A stretch of DNA of 64,000 nucleotides from Felis catus (GCF_018350175.1 NC_058368.1:98086001-98150000); one strand, 5' to 3'. Shown: positions 13,240 through 25,627, numbered from the stretch's first letter. Numbers and translations are program-made. Notes: generated by a model not told the origin, from the letters alone.

Positions 13240-13444
13240 TTAAAAAAAATTTTTTTTAGTGTTTATTTTTGAGAGAGAGAAAGAGAAAGAAAGAGAGCGA
13301 GGGAGGGGCAGACAGAAAGGAAGACACAGCATCTGAAGCAGGCTCCAGGCTCTGAGCTGTCAGCACAGAGTCCGATGTGGGGCTCAAACCCATGAACCGT
13401 GAGCCAAGTGGGATGCTTAACTTCCTGAGCCACCCAGGTGCCCC
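13240..13444 (-). mobile_element. Can-SINE (right arm of composite insertion)
   Basis: SINE with a small internal deletion; no TSD of its own. Confidence 0.95.
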
Positions 13445-15300
13445 TATTATTCCTGTTTTATATGGGAGAAAAAAGCTGAAGCTCTGAAAGGCTAAGTTAA
13501 CTTGCCTTATATCACATAATAAGTAAATGAGCCAGGTTAGAGTTTCCAGTGTTGTGTGACTTCATATCTTGCTGTTCCATTGAACTTGTGCCTGTCTTGA
13601 TTTCCTGGGGTGTCCAAAGAAGCCTGGAAGCAATGTGGATTGACCAGTAGCTCTTCAGCAAACTCTAGAACTTTGCACTCATCCATCAGTCCTTGTAATA
13701 AGTGCCCCTTAATTTTTCTAATTATAACTCATCTCTCAATTAATAATAATGTATTTTATTGAGCTTTGCGTCCACAGATTTATGTGTTCCTTTCAAACTC
13801 CTCAATTGCTTCTGCATAGCTAAGCAATACTTATTCCATTTCTTTAATCTGACAAATTGAAAATCAGCAATAGTGTGGGGACCCTTAACTTGCAGTGTTC
13901 CCTGTGTTAATTTCTTTTTAAGTTTCCAGTGCTCACATTTTCCTTGCATTTAATATGCATCATAAAAGTGTCTCTTTGGCAAGTTCATTGCATATGCTCT
14001 TTGATTGCAGTTAGAGCCTTTGGAATTGCTGTTAGGCATAGTGGAAATAATTAGCAGTTTAGGCCTATGCTGATTTTAGAACAAATAACTGCAGTTGGTT
14101 AGTTTCTCAAATAACTTAATTATTGTTAATCAGTGTCTTAATACGATCCTCTATAGCCGTGTAGTTGAAGGGTAACAACTGCCCACTCAGCACATATTTC
14201 CCTTTCTCTGGGGAAGAATAATTTCATGTCTTTTACAGCTCAAAGCAGATAAAGATAAGCTTTTGATGTGTCTGTAATTTTAAAAGGAAGTATTTAGTAA
14301 TTTGACAGAAAACAATGAAGGAAATTGCTCACTTTTTTTTTTTTGTGAATATTCAGAGTTGCTGGATAATAACAGTGACCTTAAGTGACAAATAGCCTAT
14401 GTGATAAAGTTAACTTGAGGTCTTTCTATTCATTCATTCGTTGAAAATATTTCTTTTGAAAAGCAAAGCATTTAATAAACTTAAGCAAAGGGAAACTAGA
14501 GGCATCTTTCCCCAACAATCAAATTAACAAGGAAAAAAAAAAGGCGAAAACTGGTTAATCTGTTGTGTTTGGAGTAAGAGAAGGTACATGGGCACCTGTG
14601 AAGTAATGCTCAGTTATGGGTGAAGTGTAGAGATTCTCAATGACGAAGTCATTAGTGGGATATGGACATGTGCACTGAGTGGGGCTTTAGGAGTTCACGT
14701 CTCCCACCTCCAGTACCTGTAGGTGGATTCGTGTTTTGGGATACAGATGTATAAACAAATCTTCCTCCTTTATGTGACAGAAATGATGTCTGCTAATAGT
14801 TATGTAGATAATCTTTACATATATTCTTTGTATGGTATTTTTGATATTTCCTAAATTCTTCATCAGGAGTTAGATATCTGTGAGTAGCATTAGTAGCAAA
14901 TGCTATGTGTGCCTAAAAAATGAGTTAATATCATTAGTCTATTGAGAAATGTATGTAATACGAACTGTCTATATTTTTAAACTTGCCTGGATATTTGGCT
15001 GAAAATTATTCTCCTTTACGTTTTTGTTTTTATTTTTACCCTTTCACTGTTTTATTTTTTTGCAACTTTGTTGAAGTATAATTGATGTTCAATGAACTGG
15101 ACATTTTTAAAATTATATACTTTGGTGTTTTGACATGTCTATCCCTATGACACCATCATGACAATCAAGATAATGAACTACCTGTAACCTCAAAGTTTTC
15201 CTCGTGTCCATTTGTAACCTATTCTTTGTTCCATGCCTGTGTTCAGGCACTATATATTTCCTATATATCACTATAAATTAGCTTTCACTTTCTAGAATTT

Positions 15301-15330
15301 AAAAAAATTTTTTAATGTTTATTTATTTTT

Positions 15331-15375
<45 letters not shown>

Positions 15376-15542
15376 CATGAGCGGGGGAGGGACAGAGAGA
15401 GAGGGAGACACAGAATGTGAAGCAGGCTCCAGGCTCTGAACTGTCAGCACAGAGTCCCATGTGAGGCTCGAACTCACGAACCGTGAGATCATGACCTGAG
15501 CCGAAGTCGGAAGCTCACCCAACTGAGCCACCCAGGCGCCCC
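15301..15542 (-). mobile_element. Can-SINE
   Basis: 16-bp TSD tcactttctagaattt. Confidence 0.97.
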
Positions 15543-15899
15543 TCACTTTCTAGAATTTTAGATACATGGAATCATACAGTATGTACTCCTTTTGTTTGGT
15601 TCCTTTCACTAAGTGTAATTATTTTGAGATGTATACATTCTGTATCAGTAGTTCATTTTTGTTGTTGTTGTGGAATAGTGTTTCATTGTGTAATGTATAT
15701 ACTGCTATACCTTTATCCATTCTGCTGCTGATGACCATTTGATTTGTTGGCAGTTTTGGGCAATTCCAGTAAAGCTGGTGTAAACATTCACGTTTGTGTG
15801 GACTTAATGCTTGCATGTGTCTTCACGAAACACTGAAGTGTGGAGTGGCTGAGCAACTATTTAACTTTTAAGAAACCAAAAAGACTTTGTAACTTAGTT

Positions 15900-16250
15900 G
15901 ACTTGGTCAGTTGGGGCTGCTATAACTAAGTGGCATAGACTGAGTGACTTAGAAACAGACATTTATGTCTCAGTTCTGAAAGCTACAAGTCCAAGATCAA
16001 GATGCCAGTATGGTTGGGTTCTGGTGACTCCTCTTGTCTGGGTTGGAATGCCTCTCTCTCCTTGTATCCTCACATGGTGGAAAGAGTAGAAGAGAGCTCT
16101 TCTGGGTCCCTTTTATAAGCGCACTAATCCCATTCATGAGGGCTCTGTTCTCATGAGCTAATCATTTCCCAAGGACCCCACCTCCTAATGGCATCACATT
16201 GGGAGTTAGGATTTCACCATAAGAATCTGGGGGGATTCTTTCCATGAAAG
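15900..16250 (-). mobile_element. MaLR LTR (MLT1A-like)
   Basis: ggggctgctataac...aagtccaagatcaagatgcc...cctcacatggtggaa...cactaatcccattcatgagggc...catcacattgggagttaggatttc. Confidence 0.85.
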
Positions 16251-17494
16251 AATCCACTACGTTCCACTACGTTCATTCCATGAGAGTAGTTGTCCATGTA
16301 ATAGTTCCCACTAGTAGTGTGTGAAAGTTCTAATTGTTGTACATCTTTGTTAACACTTGTTACAGTTGGACTTCCTAATTTTACTTTTTCTTGTGTATGT
16401 AATGTAACTCATCAGATAACCAGTTGATCCAGTACCATTTGTTGAAAAAAACATTTATTTCTCCATTGAATAACACATTGAATTCACATCATTTGAATGT
16501 GTACTTATGGAACTGTTTGTGAACCTTCTGTTTCGTGCCATTAAGGATACATGTATCTCTTTGCCAGTACCCAAATGGATTGATTACTGTTGTTTTGTAG
16601 TTAGTCATGAAATCAGGGAGGGTAGGTCCTCAAGCTTTGTTTTCGTTATGTTAAAATATCTTTAGTTGTTCTAGATCCCCTCCATTTTAGTCAAAATTTT
16701 AAAATTATTTATCATTTTCTGCACATAACACATTACCGCTACTGCTGAAAGTTTGATTTGGATTGTACTGAATCTGTAGATCAGCTTGACAAAGAGACCT
16801 TTTAAGCAACATCAGGTCTTAGAACACATGAGCGTGATATATCACTCCATTTATTTAGGTCATCTTTATTTTTGCTCAGCAATATTTTTTATTTTTTAGT
16901 GTATACATCTGGATATCCTTTCTTTGAATTGATCGTAAATATTCTCATGGTTTTTGTTGCAACTCTGTATGGAATTGAGTTTTAAATTTCATTTTTCAAA
17001 TTTTTGTTACTAATGTATATTTAATTGGCTTCTAATATGGTAACTTGTATTCCATGACCTTGCTAATTTCACTTGTTACTTTTAGTAGTTATTTTGTAGA
17101 TTCTCTGTTAATATCTACATAAATAATCATATCGTTTCTATGCAGAGAACTTTTTTTTTCTTTCCATTATCTATTTGCTTTTAATTTATTTCTTGCTTCT
17201 TTTATTACATTGGTTCTGACCTCCAGTGCAGTGCTGTATATAAGTGGTAATAATGAATGTCATTGCTTCCTTCCCAATCTCAAGCTGAAAGCAGTCAGAC
17301 TTACTAGTGTAGGATTGGTTTTTTAATGATGCTTTTCTTCAGTTTAAGTAATTTACCTACTCTTCATAATGTGATAAGAGTTTTTATCAATAAGTCATCT
17401 TGCATTTTGTCAAATGCTTTTTCTGCTTGTATTGAAATAAGAGTATTTTTTCTTACTATATCAATATGCTAAATTATGTAGGTTGATATTTGAA

Positions 17495-17516
17495 GTTTTT
17501 AAAAGTTTCCTTATTT

Positions 17517-17551
<35 letters not shown>

Positions 17552-17703
17552 ACAGGAGAGGAGGGGCAGAGAGAGAATCCCAAGCAGGCATTGCTCTGTC
17601 AGCATAGAACCCAATGTGGCTCTTGATCCCACAAGCCTTGAGACCATGACCTGAGCTGAAATCCAGAGTTGGATGCTCAAGTGACTGAGCCACTCAGGTG
17701 CCC
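17495..17703 (-). mobile_element. Can-SINE
   Basis: TSD ttgatatttgaa. Confidence 0.95.
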
Positions 17704-18622
17704 TTGATATTTGAATATTAAATCAAGATTGCATTCACAGCACAAACCATACTTGGTTTTAGTATATTATCCTTTATACAAAATAATTTGGATTCTAGTT
17801 ACTAACATTTTGTAAGGAGTTTTTACATTCATCAGGCAAGTTGGCTTGTAGTTTGTTTTATTTTTATTTTTATTTTTTTTTTTTTTTTTGATTTTGGGAT
17901 CAGAGTAATGCTATACTCATAAATGAGCTGGGAAATATTTCCTTTCCTATAATTTGTGTGTGTGTGTAATTGGTATTATTTGTTCTTTAAGTGTTTGATA
18001 GGATTCACCAGCAGAGTGATATGGGTCTGTAGTTTTTCTTGTGGGTAGATCTTAACTGTGAATCAGTATCTTTAATAGATACTGGGCTATTTGGGTTTTG
18101 TATTTTTTTTTTTTTTTCCCTGAGTGAGTTTTGGTAGTTTGTGCTTTATAAGGAATTTATCCATTTCATTCAGTTGTCAGATTTACTGAGAGAATGTTGT
18201 TCATGATATTAATCTTTATTAATCTTTCAATATCTGTAGCAGTTTAATCTGTCTCAATTTTGGTAATTTATTCTTTTATTTATGATCAGTTCAGTCCTAA
18301 GCTTGTAAATTTTTTTCATCTTCTCAAAACCAATTCTTCATTTTATTGATTTTTTCCTATGGCTCTAATTTTTTTTTTATTGATTTCCATTCTGATCTTT
18401 ATCATTTTCTTTCTTTTTCCTAATTTGGGTTTATTTGTTCTGGGTTGTTGTTGTTGTTGTTTTTGTTTTTTTAATTTCTAAGGTAGAAGTTGATGTCACC
18501 ATTTTATCATCTTTATTTGTCGTAATGTAGGCATTTAGTCCTGTGCATTTCTCTCTAATCAGTGGCATCTCACAAATTATGTACCACATTTCTATTTTCC
18601 TACAATTCAAAAAAACCTTTTC

Positions 18623-18699
18623 ATCAAATTATTATGCTGTATACTTAAACTTACACAGTGCTGTATGACCATTTTATTTCAATAAAATTAGGGAAAAAA
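18623..18699 (+). mobile_element. Short 5'-truncated L1 3' end (L1MA/L1_Carn-like)
   Basis: atcaaattattatgctgtatacttaaacttacacagtgctgtatg...tcaataaaattagggaaaaaa is an L1 terminus with poly(A) signal, opposite in orientation to the host L1M. Confidence 0.7.
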
Positions 18700-18967
18700 T
18701 GCAATCTCTTTTCATTTCTCTTGTCCTCTTTAATTTCTTCTTTGATGTGGGGATTATTTAGGTACATGTTGTTTAATTTCCCCATATTTGGTGTTTTCCA
18801 GGTATAGTTCTTCTACTCTTGTCTTACTCAATTGCATTGGGGTCCGAGAACATATTTTGTATGACTCTGATCATTTACAATTTATTCAAACTTGTTTTAT
18901 CTCCAAGAGTATGATCTCTCTTGCTTACTGTTTCATGTGAAGCTGAATAGAATGTGTATTCTTCTCA

Positions 18968-19182
18968 GGGGGACACCTGGGTGGTTCATTCGGTTAAATG
19001 TCACTCTTGATCTCTGCTCAGGTCATTATCCCAGGGTCATAGGATTGACCCCCCATGTGGGGCTCTGTGCTGAGCATGGAGCCTGCTTGGGATTCTCCCT
19101 CTCGCTCCCCCCCTACTCAAATGCTCTCTCTCTCTCTTTTTCTGTCTCTCTCTCCCAAAAAGAAAAAAAAAAAAAAAAAAAG
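18968..19182 (+). mobile_element. Can-SINE (older subfamily)
   Basis: TSD gaatgtgtattcttc; long A tail. Confidence 0.93.
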
Positions 19183-20464
19183 GAATGTGTATTCTTCCCT
19201 TACTGGATGAGATGTAAGTTAAACTGATTGATAGTGCTTTCCAACTCTTCTGTATACTTACTGAATTTGTATGTGTTTTCTGTCAGTTTTTGAGAAAAGA
19301 AAGTTGAAATATGAAATATCTCAATATAATTTTGTAGCTTTGCCTGTTTCTCCTTGGTGTTTGGTCTGTTTCTGTTTTAAGAATTTTGAAACTCCGTTAT
19401 TAGGTCTGCTTGATGACCTGACACCTTTATTATGATGAAAAGACCTTCATTATCCCTGGTGAAATATTTTGCTCTGAAATTTACTTTGTCTGTTGTTGCT
19501 ATAGCCATGCCAACTTTCTTGTTACCAGTATTACTGTGGTGTACCTTTTTGCATTGTTTGAATTTTATAAACTACTCTGTCTTGATATTTGAAGTGAGGT
19601 TCTCATAGGTGGCTGTGGTTGAATCTTGCTGTTTATCTAATTATAAATCTTTTAATTTGGGTCACATGCCAATTATATTTAATATGATTTTTTGATATAA
19701 TGAGATTTAAATCTGCCACCTTGCTGCTTGTTATTTGTTTTTCATTTTTCCTGTCTTTTCTCCCCCACTGGTCAGCTCTTTCTTTTTTTTTTGCCTTTTT
19801 GTTTGACTAATTAATAATTTTAATGGCCCTATTTTATCTCCTTTGTTGTCTTGATAATGTAATTCTATACTGTACTATTACAAAAGTTGCATTATTGTTT
19901 TTACACACCTCTAGAACGTATCATAGTCTGCCTTCAGGCAATAGTTATGTCATTTCACATTTGGTATAAGAATGTTGCAATAGTATTTTTCCCTTTTGGC
20001 ATTTGTGATATTGTTGTCATACATTTCATTGATATATAAATGCTGTAAATTCCTTGCTACATTCTTTTTTTTTAATCATTTTCTTTTAAAATATTTAGAT
20101 AATTGTGGGAAAAATGTTATATAGGCTCACAAAATTACCATTTCTTGTATGTTTACATTCTTTTATGTAATTATACATATTCATCTGATAAAATTTTCCA
20201 GTGCTTGGAGGGCTTCATTTAACATTTGTTACAGTGCAAGTCTGTTGCAAATGAATTGTTTCAGTTCTTATGTGTCTGAATGAAAAAGATATTTATTTTA
20301 TCTCATTTTTGAGAGATAGTTTGGGCATAGAATCCTGGATTGACAGTACGAAAATGCTTGAAAGTATTTATTGAAATAATTTAGAGATATTGCATTGTCA
20401 CTGATATGAAATCTGTCGTACTTTGTTCTTCTCTGTGTAATGTGTCTTTTTCTCCTGGTGCTTT

Positions 20465-20684
20465 AAAAAATTTTTTTTCTTAATGTTTATTTATTTTTGA
20501 GAGAGAGAGAGACAGAGTGTGAGCGGGGAAGGGATACAGAGAAAGGGAGAGACAGAATCCGAAGCAGGATCCAGACTCTGAGCTGTCAACACAGAGCCTG
20601 ACGGGGGGCTCAAACCCGTGAACTGCGAGATCATGACCTGAGCTGAGGTCAGATGTTTAACTGACTGAATCACCCAGGTGCCCC
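20465..20684 (-). mobile_element. Can-SINE
   Basis: TSD tctcct(g/a)gtg(c/t)ttt. Confidence 0.95.
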
Positions 20685-20999
20685 TCTCCTAGTGTTTTTA
20701 AAACTTTCTCTACATCACTGTTACTGAGCAGTTAGATCATGATGCATTCTTTTGTAGTTTTCTTCATGTTTCTTGTGCTTAGTTTTTGTTAAGCTTTACA
20801 TCTTTATTATTGTCAAATTTGGAGATTTTTAAGCCATTATTTCTTCAGATATGTTTTTTGTCCTCTTTTCCCCTTCTTTGAAGACTCTAATTGCACCTAT
20901 ATTGTGCCAGTTAATATTGTCCCACAGGTCAGTGATGCTGTGTTCATTTTTGTTTTTAAGTCTTTTAAAACATTTTTTTTCTCAGTTTCATTTGGGATT

Positions 21000-21555
21000 A
21001 TTTTTTAATGTTATTTTTCTAACTGAAGAATACAATGTTGACTTACAATGTTATATTAGTTTCATGTATACAACACAGTAATTTGACAATTCTGTACATT
21101 ACACGTTGTTCACCATGGTAAGTGCAGTTGCCATCTGTCACCGTACAATGTTATTACAGTGATTTGATTATATTCCTTGTGTTTTATGTTTCATCTCCAT
21201 GACTATTTTATAACTGATAGATTGTACCTCTTGATCCCCCTCACGTATTTCATTTATCCCCCCTCCCCACTCATTTCCCTCTGGCGTCTACCAGCTTGTA
21301 CTCGGTATTTATGAATCTTTAAAAAAAATTTTGTTTAATGTTTATTTATTTTGAGAGGGGGGCGCATACAGCACCAGTAGGGGAGGGGCAGAGAGAGAGG
21401 AGAGAAAGAATCCCAGGCAGGCTCAACGCTGTCGGCACAGAGCCCGATGTGGGGTTCAAATTCCTGAAACTGAGATTGTGACCCGAGCTGAGATCAAGAA
21501 TTAGAGGCTTAACTGACTGAGGCACCAAGGTGCCCTTGTACTTATGAATGTTTTT
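21000..21555 (-). mobile_element. L1 3' end (L1MA9/L1_Carn-like), 3' half of the U6-L1 chimera, interrupted by a SINE
   Basis: T-rich tail at about 21000, then gttgacttacaatgttatattagtttca...gttgccatctgtcaccgtacaatgttattaca...ccctctggcgtctaccagcttgtactc; abuts the U6 3' U-tract. Confidence 0.85.
21321..21536 (-). mobile_element. Can-SINE inserted near the U6/L1 junction
   Basis: TSD gta(t/c)ttatgaat(c/g)ttt (21305-21320, 21538-21553). Confidence 0.95.
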
Positions 21556-21660
21556 AAAAATATGGAATACTTCACAAATTTGTGTCATCCTTGTGCAGGG
21601 GTTATGCTAATCTTCTCTCTGTTGTTCCAGTTTTAGTGCAGGTGCTGCCAGAGTGAGCAG
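21556..21660 (-). pseudogene. RNU6: Full-length U6 snRNA retropseudogene
   Basis: Minus strand reads ctgctcactctggcagcacctgcactaaaactggaacaacagagagaagattagcataacccctgcacaaggatgacacaaatttgtgaagtattccatattttt, collinear end to end with U6. The ACAGAGA box is mutated, CpGs have decayed, and the upstream flank is old L1 rather than a PSE/TATA promoter. Confidence 0.95.
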
Positions 21661-21799
21661 TGAGATCGTTTACATTGCTGCATTTTCAAGTTCAGTGATA
21701 TTTTCTTCTGCAATGTGTAATCTGCTATTAATCTTATCAAGTGTATATTTACTCTCAGATGTCGTAGTTTTATCTGATCTCATTAATCTCATTGTAGTT

Positions 21800-22017
21800 A
21801 AAAAAATTTTTTTTAAATGTTTATTTTTGAGAGAGAGAGAGAGAGAGAGAGAACACGAGCGGGGGAGGGACACAGAGAGGGAGACTCAGAATCTGAAGCA
21901 GGCTCCAAGCTCTGAGCTGTCAGTTACAGAGCCCAACGTGGGCTCGAACTCATGAACTGCGAGATCAGAACCTGAGCTGAAGTCGGATGTTCAACTGACT
22001 GAGCCACCCAGGCACCC
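21800..22017 (-). mobile_element. Can-SINE
   Basis: TSD ctcattgtagtt. Confidence 0.95.
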
Positions 22018-22255
22018 TAACTCATTGTAGTTTTAATCATAAATTCAGTATGATCTTTTTTATATCTTCAAGATTTTACTTAGCATGTTCAATCTTATGG
22101 TTTTTTGAACACATGGAATGCAATTATAATATTCATTTTAATGTTCTTGTCTGCTCATTCCATCCTCTGTGTTAGCACTGAGTCTTTTGATTTATCAATT
22201 TTTCTTCTCATTGTATATAGTTATTTTTGCCCTTATTTAATGCCCGCTAATTTTT

Positions 22256-22484
22256 TTTTTTTTTATAAAATTTTTTTTTTCAACGTTTATTTATTTTTGG
22301 GACAGAGAGAGACAGAGCATGAACGGGGGAGGGGCAGAGAGAGAGGGAGACACAGAATCGGAAACAGGCTCCAGGCTCTGAGCCATCAGCCCAGAGCCCG
22401 ACGCGGGGCTCGAACTCACGGACCGCGAGATCGTGACCTGGCTGAAGTCGGACGCTTAACCGACTGCGCCACCCAGGCGCCCCC
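22256..22484 (-). mobile_element. Young felid SINE (SINEC_Fc), copy 1 of tandem dimer
   Basis: CpG-rich, consensus-like body. Confidence 0.97.
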
Positions 22485-22718
22485 TTTTTTTTTTTTAAAA
22501 AAATTTTTTTTTTTCAACGTTTATTTATTTTTGGGACAGAGAGAGACAGAGCATGAACGGGGGAGGGGCAGAGAGAGAGGGAGACACAGAATCAGAAACA
22601 GGCTCCAGGCTCTGAGCCATCAGCCCAGAGCCCGACGCGGGGCTCGAACTCACGGACCGCGAGATCGTGACCTGGCTGAAGTCGGACGCTTAACCGACTG
22701 TGCCACCCAGGCGCCCCC
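22485..22718 (-). mobile_element. Young felid SINE (SINEC_Fc), copy 2 of tandem dimer
   Basis: The body differs from copy 1 at 2 positions, both CpG; period 234 bp. Confidence 0.97.
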
Positions 22719-24100
22719 TTTTTTTTTTTTTTAAAATTTTTTTTTTTTTATTGCCCGCTAATTTTTGATTGGATGCCAGACATGCGATGTTTCACCTTGG
22801 TGGGTGCTTGAAAATTTTATGTTTCTTCTAGTCGAATTTTGTTATGGAATGTGGTTATAAATTATTTGGATACAGTTTGATCCTTTCACATTTTGTTTTT
22901 GGTATTTATTAGTCAGTACTAGAGTAGCATTTAGCCTAGGGATAATTATTTTCTACTTCTGAGGCAAGACCATTCTAAATCTTCTACCCAATGCCCCCAG
23001 GAATTATGAGGGTTTGTAGTCTGGCTCTTGATAACCAGTATTATTCTCAGTCCTTTCTGAGTGTCTATTCTTTTTCTCTAATCTCTCTGTTGGCTTCCCT
23101 CTCCTCCCCCACCATCATCTGGTAGTTTCATTCCATGCAAACTCTGCTTAATACTGAATGGAATCTTCATGCAATTCTCTGGAGTTTTCTCGTGCTTATC
23201 TCTTCTCTTTTGATACTCTGCCCTGTGAAATTTTGTGTCTGTTTTCCTGGTCTATCAGACATGTCTCCTCATCTCAGGGAATGTACTGGGCTCACCCCCA
23301 GGTTCCCTTGCCTGTGCTTCAGCTTGAAAAGTCTCTCAAGGAAATCAATTGGGACAATCACAGACAGAATCTTGTTTCTCAGGTCGCCTTCATAGCCCAG
23401 TGTCCAATGTCTTTAAAACCTTTGTTTCAAATATTTTCTTCAGGTTCCTATCTTTTTAGTTGATACTGTAAATTCAGGGTTTTTTAAAATTCATTTTGGG
23501 CAGAATTGGAAGTCACAGATTCACTGAAAAATTAGGCATCAAGTTGTTTTATAGATTTTGATTTTATACAGATTGTTAGTAGAGCAGAAGTTATGTGTTG
23601 TAGCTAGTAAAATAATTTATAAGTCTAACCAGAAATTGTTCACTAAGGAAGAGATCTATATGACAAATAGCATAAAAGAGTTAGATAGTTTGTTGTGGTT
23701 CTTATTGATTATTTCATCTTGTGAGTATCTGCATCTATATTTATATTACATCTCTACTTTAGCCATGATTTTTGAAATGAGAATTTTGATGTGAACAAAA
23801 TACTTTTGTACCTTGAAACCTATATAACTTCCAGAAGCACAGATTTGTTATTTCTTTGTACAGAAAAAGCTGCAAAATTAGCAAGCCTGTTAGATACAGT
23901 TTTCCTATAATTAGTGATAACACCTGACTTAATTCAAAACTTCACTCTAACATAGTAACATTGTGAAAGCACAAAGAACTGAGTTGATTTTTGCAATATG
24001 TAACAAATATTTTTGGGTTGAAAATTAGAACATATCATGGGCATGGTAATTAACACTATAAATTGTAGCGAGTCCTTATGCTCAAGGCATAGACATTTTA

Positions 24101-24322
24101 GGGACACCTGGGTGGGTCAGTCAGTTAAGCATCCCACTTGTGATTTCAGCACAGGTCTTGATTTCACTATTTCACTGTTTCACTGTTTCTAGGATTGAGC
24201 CCTGTGTGTTGGGCTCTATGCTGATAGCACTTGGGATTCTCTCTCCCTCTCTCTGCCCCTTCCCCGTTTGCACTCTTTCCCCTTCTCTCTCTCTCTCAAA
24301 AATAAATAAACATTAAAAAAAA
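24101..24322 (+). mobile_element. Can-SINE with internal 8-bp triplication (tttcact(a/g))
   Basis: Head, linker and tail present; TSD agacattttag. Confidence 0.92.
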
Positions 24323-24597
24323 AAGACAGACATTTTAGCACCTTTGCCTGTGAATTTACTGTTAAACCTCACAGTCATAATTTATCCATGTTGTGGTCAG
24401 GAAAGCCACTATTGGAGAAATGGACTTGGTCATTGTCATCTTGGGGCATGTACATCCTTGCCTTAAGTTTACACTGAAGATTGAAGACTTGGGCTTTTAG
24501 TTTTATATTAAATCCCATCTCCGTAGGTTTAATGATTTTCTGAAAGAGTATTCAAAATTTGTTACTCAAAAACATATGAAATGTATCCAATAAGTTC

Positions 24598-24817
24598 TTT
24601 TTTTTTTTTTTTAACATTTATTTATTATTCAGAGACAGAGAGAGACAGACGGTTAGCAGGGGAGGGGCAGAGAGAGAGGGAGACACAGAATCTGGAGCAG
24701 GCTCCAGGCTCTGAGCTGTCAGCACAGAGCCCGACGCAGGGCTTGAACTCACAAACCGAGAGATCGTGACCTGAGCCAAAGTCGGACGCTTAACTGACTG
24801 AGCCACCCAGGTGCCCC
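24598..24817 (-). mobile_element. Can-SINE
   Basis: Complete body; TSD weak. Confidence 0.95.
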
Positions 24818-24829
24818 AAGCAGTTCATC

Positions 24830-24985
24830 ATTTGTAATACATGTATATTACAGTGAAGGATGCCAGTAGTTGGAGAAATTGTGGGCATGGGGAAAGGAGG
24901 TATATGGGAAACTTTGTACTTTCCTCTCAGTGTTGCTGTGAACTTAAAAATTACCTAGTGAATAAAGTTTATTAATTAAAAAAGA
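24830..24985 (+). mobile_element. L1MC/MD-like 3' end
   Basis: ggtatatgggaaactttgtactttcctctcagtgttgctgtgaacttaaaa...aataaagtttattaattaaaaaa. Confidence 0.75.
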
Positions 24986-25594
24986 CATAATTTATATATT
25001 CCTAATAAAAGTATCATTGGGAAAATCATTTTACAACAAAGAGTTTTGCCCCCTTTCTCATGCTGCCAGTAATCAGAAATTAAAGCAATAACCTACAATA
25101 CATATGCAAAATTTAGAAGTTGAAGTATAGAGTCCCCCAAATGTTCCCTGATGTCCATGCTTATAAAAATGAACCACATTATTCAGTTAGACTGGTTCAA
25201 TTTACAGTATTGGGGAGAAACGAACATGTGAATTGAAGTTGTTGAACTACAGTGAAATTTGATGCTGAAACTGAATTTAAGCATTTTATAAATTTTTAAG
25301 AGATGTTACCTAAATATTAAGACCATTGTGCAAATAATATATTCAAGTTTTGAAGTGTATGTGTAAACAGACATAGTTTTTTGTTACGAAACTGAGTGAA
25401 GTTAAATATTGTGCCATTTAAAGGATTTAAGAATAAGTTGTGTGCTGTGTATCACATTGTGAAATACAAAACTAGCTGTCACCATGTTAGCCCACAAAAA
25501 TTACAGATTTTGTTTTTCAGATACATAGGCAACAATACCCAATAACCAAAAATAATTGATTAACAATTTTTAAACTTTCTAACATTTAGTTTTT

Positions 25595-25627
25595 GTTTTT
25601 AAATGTTATATGTTTATTTTTGATAGA

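Larger units (their letters stand above)
12500..13580 (-). mobile_element. MIR split by an 831-bp composite insertion (12614-13444)
   Basis: The left half ends cctatgagggtaggtactattattgtccctattt and the right half resumes tattattcctgttttatatgggag...gctgaagctctgaaaggctaagttaacttgcc; together they give a contiguous MIR core. Confidence 0.8.
15050..23520 (-). mobile_element. Ancient near full-length L1M (L1MC/MD-like), degraded, with nested SINEs, MLT1, a U6-L1 chimera and a short L1 3' end
   Basis: 3' end at about 15050 (ttttttgcaactttgttgaagtataattga), followed in collinear order by antisense ORF2-like blocks (ccagtaccatttgttgaaaa; gcattttgtcaaatgctttttctgc; gattcaccagcagag), ORF1-like blocks and 5'UTR-like sequence. 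Confidence 0.8.

Noticed and set aside
21556..21660. Functional U6 gene
   Set aside because: Mutated ACAGAGA box, many substitutions, no PSE/TATA upstream, fused to L1.
22105..22734. 209-aa ORF with an internal repeat (longest in the track)
   Set aside because: Antisense read-through of the SINE dimer; the 234-bp period is a multiple of 3. It starts at a non-ATG codon within L1M.
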